DNA of 64,000 nucleotides from Octopus sinensis (Eukaryota): NCBI RefSeq assembly GCF_006345805.1, contig NC_043008.1, positions 31,372,001 to 31,436,000 of the forward strand, read 5' to 3'. Shown piece by piece: positions 62,241 to 64,000 of this stretch (position 1 is its first letter; each line of letters starts with the position of its first letter). The notes under the pieces were generated by a model. It saw only the letters and a program-made list of their open reading frames with translations, ran no database searches and was not told where the DNA came from. The position numbers and the translations under genes were made by a program.

Positions 62241-64000
62241 AAAAAAATATATATATGTGGAAAAAAGTCACGTCTGTAAAGATCGATGAACGAATTTTAG
62301 TCAGAGTAAACAATGTTAGTGATATGAACCAGAATGGAAAAGGATTATGTGTGATGTTAATGTCACATGTATATTATGACATTATTTATTAATAATGTAG
62401 GAATAAAGTGCATATCACAAGTACACCTGTTGCTTTTTTATTGGTATAGTAGCTAAATTTATACATCTTTACTTCGATTCATGTAACTCTAGAACTTGCT
62501 TTTAACTATATCTATATCATTGTTGTCATTATTTCATTTTCTTTTCTTTTGAAGGAAGCTTAGTCTGGTTACAGCAGCTGTTTTTGCGGCCTTCAAAGAC
62601 TCTCTTGAAGCCGGTGAGCAGGTTTCGAATTGACGGCTTCAGAAGAAACATGGGCAAGGGAGGAGAGACACTCTGTAAGAATGACGTTCTGTGAAGGAAG
62701 GACTGGTAAATATATTAACGCGGAGTTTAAGAAATTGGGGACATTAAATGTATGAAGAAAAGGAGGGAAATGTATGAGTAACGTGAGACAGAGCTTGCTA
62801 TCATCAATTAATCGAAAAATTAACGGAATTATAGTAATTATCGAAACATTGAAAATAAGTTAAAAGGGTAAAAAGTTGTGTCGTCATATTTTATTTTTTA
62901 TCCTGTTTAAATGTTATACTATATTGGTTTCAGTTTTTGGCACAAGGCCAGCAATTTACATCGACCCTAGTGCTTAACTGGTACTTATTTTATCGACCCC
63001 GAAACGATTAAATGCAAAGTGGACTTCAGCTGAATTTGAACTCAGATTATATAAGATGTTATAGTATATTAAGTGTGTATACATGCGGGTGATAGAAAGA
63101 AGGGTGCAGGACGGAAAGAGAAGGAGGCATGGAGAGAGAGGGAGGGATGGAAAGGAAAAGGGAGAGAGAGAGAGAGATGTCTAAATTTACGGCCTGAAAA
63201 CCGGTGTAACATGCTTGTATGGCTTTTATCAAAGCTCGTTCAAAATCTGGAGTAAGTTGATTAAGATTTGTACAAGGAAACTAAAAGTTTCACAAAATTA
63301 CAAATAAAAATATTATAATCTCGTTATGAAAAACCGTAAAAAGACTCGTCGCTTTTTTAAGAATGTCTTCAAATTTTGACACAAGGCCAGCAATGTCGGG
63401 GAGGAAGTAACTCGATTACATGAACCCCAGTGTTCAACTGGTACTTATTTTATCGACCCCGAAAGGATGAAAAGCAAAATCGACCTGGGAGGAATTTAAA
63501 CCCTGAAATTCCACTAAACATTTTGCCCAGCGTGCAAACGATTCTGCTAAACTCGCCCTTTATAATAATAATAGACGATTATATCAGTGCAATCTTGAAA
63601 TGTTTTAGTGAACTTTGTAAGACGTTTTACATTCTCTCGATATTTACTCTTTTACTTGTTTCAGTCATTTGACTGTGACCATGCTGGAGCACCGCCTTTA
63701 GTCGAGCAAATCGACCCCAGGACTTATTCATTGTAATCCAAGCACTTATTCTATCGGATCTCTTTTGCTGACCGCTAAGTTACGGAGACATAAACACACC
63801 AGCATCGGTTGTCAAGTGATGTTGGGGTGACAAAAACAGACACACACACACAGATATATATACGACGGGCTTCTTTCAGTTTCCTTCTACCAAATCCACT
63901 CACAAGGCTTTGGTCGGCCCGAGGCTATAGCAGAATACACTTGCCCAAGGTGCCACGCAGTGGGACTGAACCCGGAACCATGTGGATGGAAAGCAAGCTA

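Overview
AT-rich, microsatellite- and transposon-dense animal DNA. The SINE families and repeat content suggest an octopus or other coleoid cephalopod, which is an inference. The only host genes I can support are two tandem, apparently intact, five-exon GH56 hyaluronidase paralogues on the minus strand. Copy A is join(31419..31715,25118..25362,15983..16105,10250..10460,9390..9830), 438 aa. Copy B is join(57127..57414,52577..52821,51837..51959,49507..49717,48607..49050), 436 aa. All introns are GT-AG with matching phases (0,2,2,0). Both proteins have a signal peptide, the catalytic DWE motif and a C-terminal Hyal-EGF domain, and no GPI/TM tail, so they look secreted, like venom spreading factors. 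Relative to human HYAL1 (numbering recalled, not computed) both share a remodelled active-site region: loss of the C207-C221 disulfide loop, D206R, R265T and W141F. The rest is decayed mobile DNA: R4/Dong-like, CRE-like, RTE and Penelope-like retroelements, a Gypsy fragment, Tigger/pogo, maT/Tc1-mariner, MITEs, Helitron/Helentron derivatives and many tRNA-derived SINEs. There are also several long fold-back hairpins, degenerate hammerhead-ribozyme-like motifs and an NRF1/ETS/YY1 motif cluster about 2 kb upstream of copy B.
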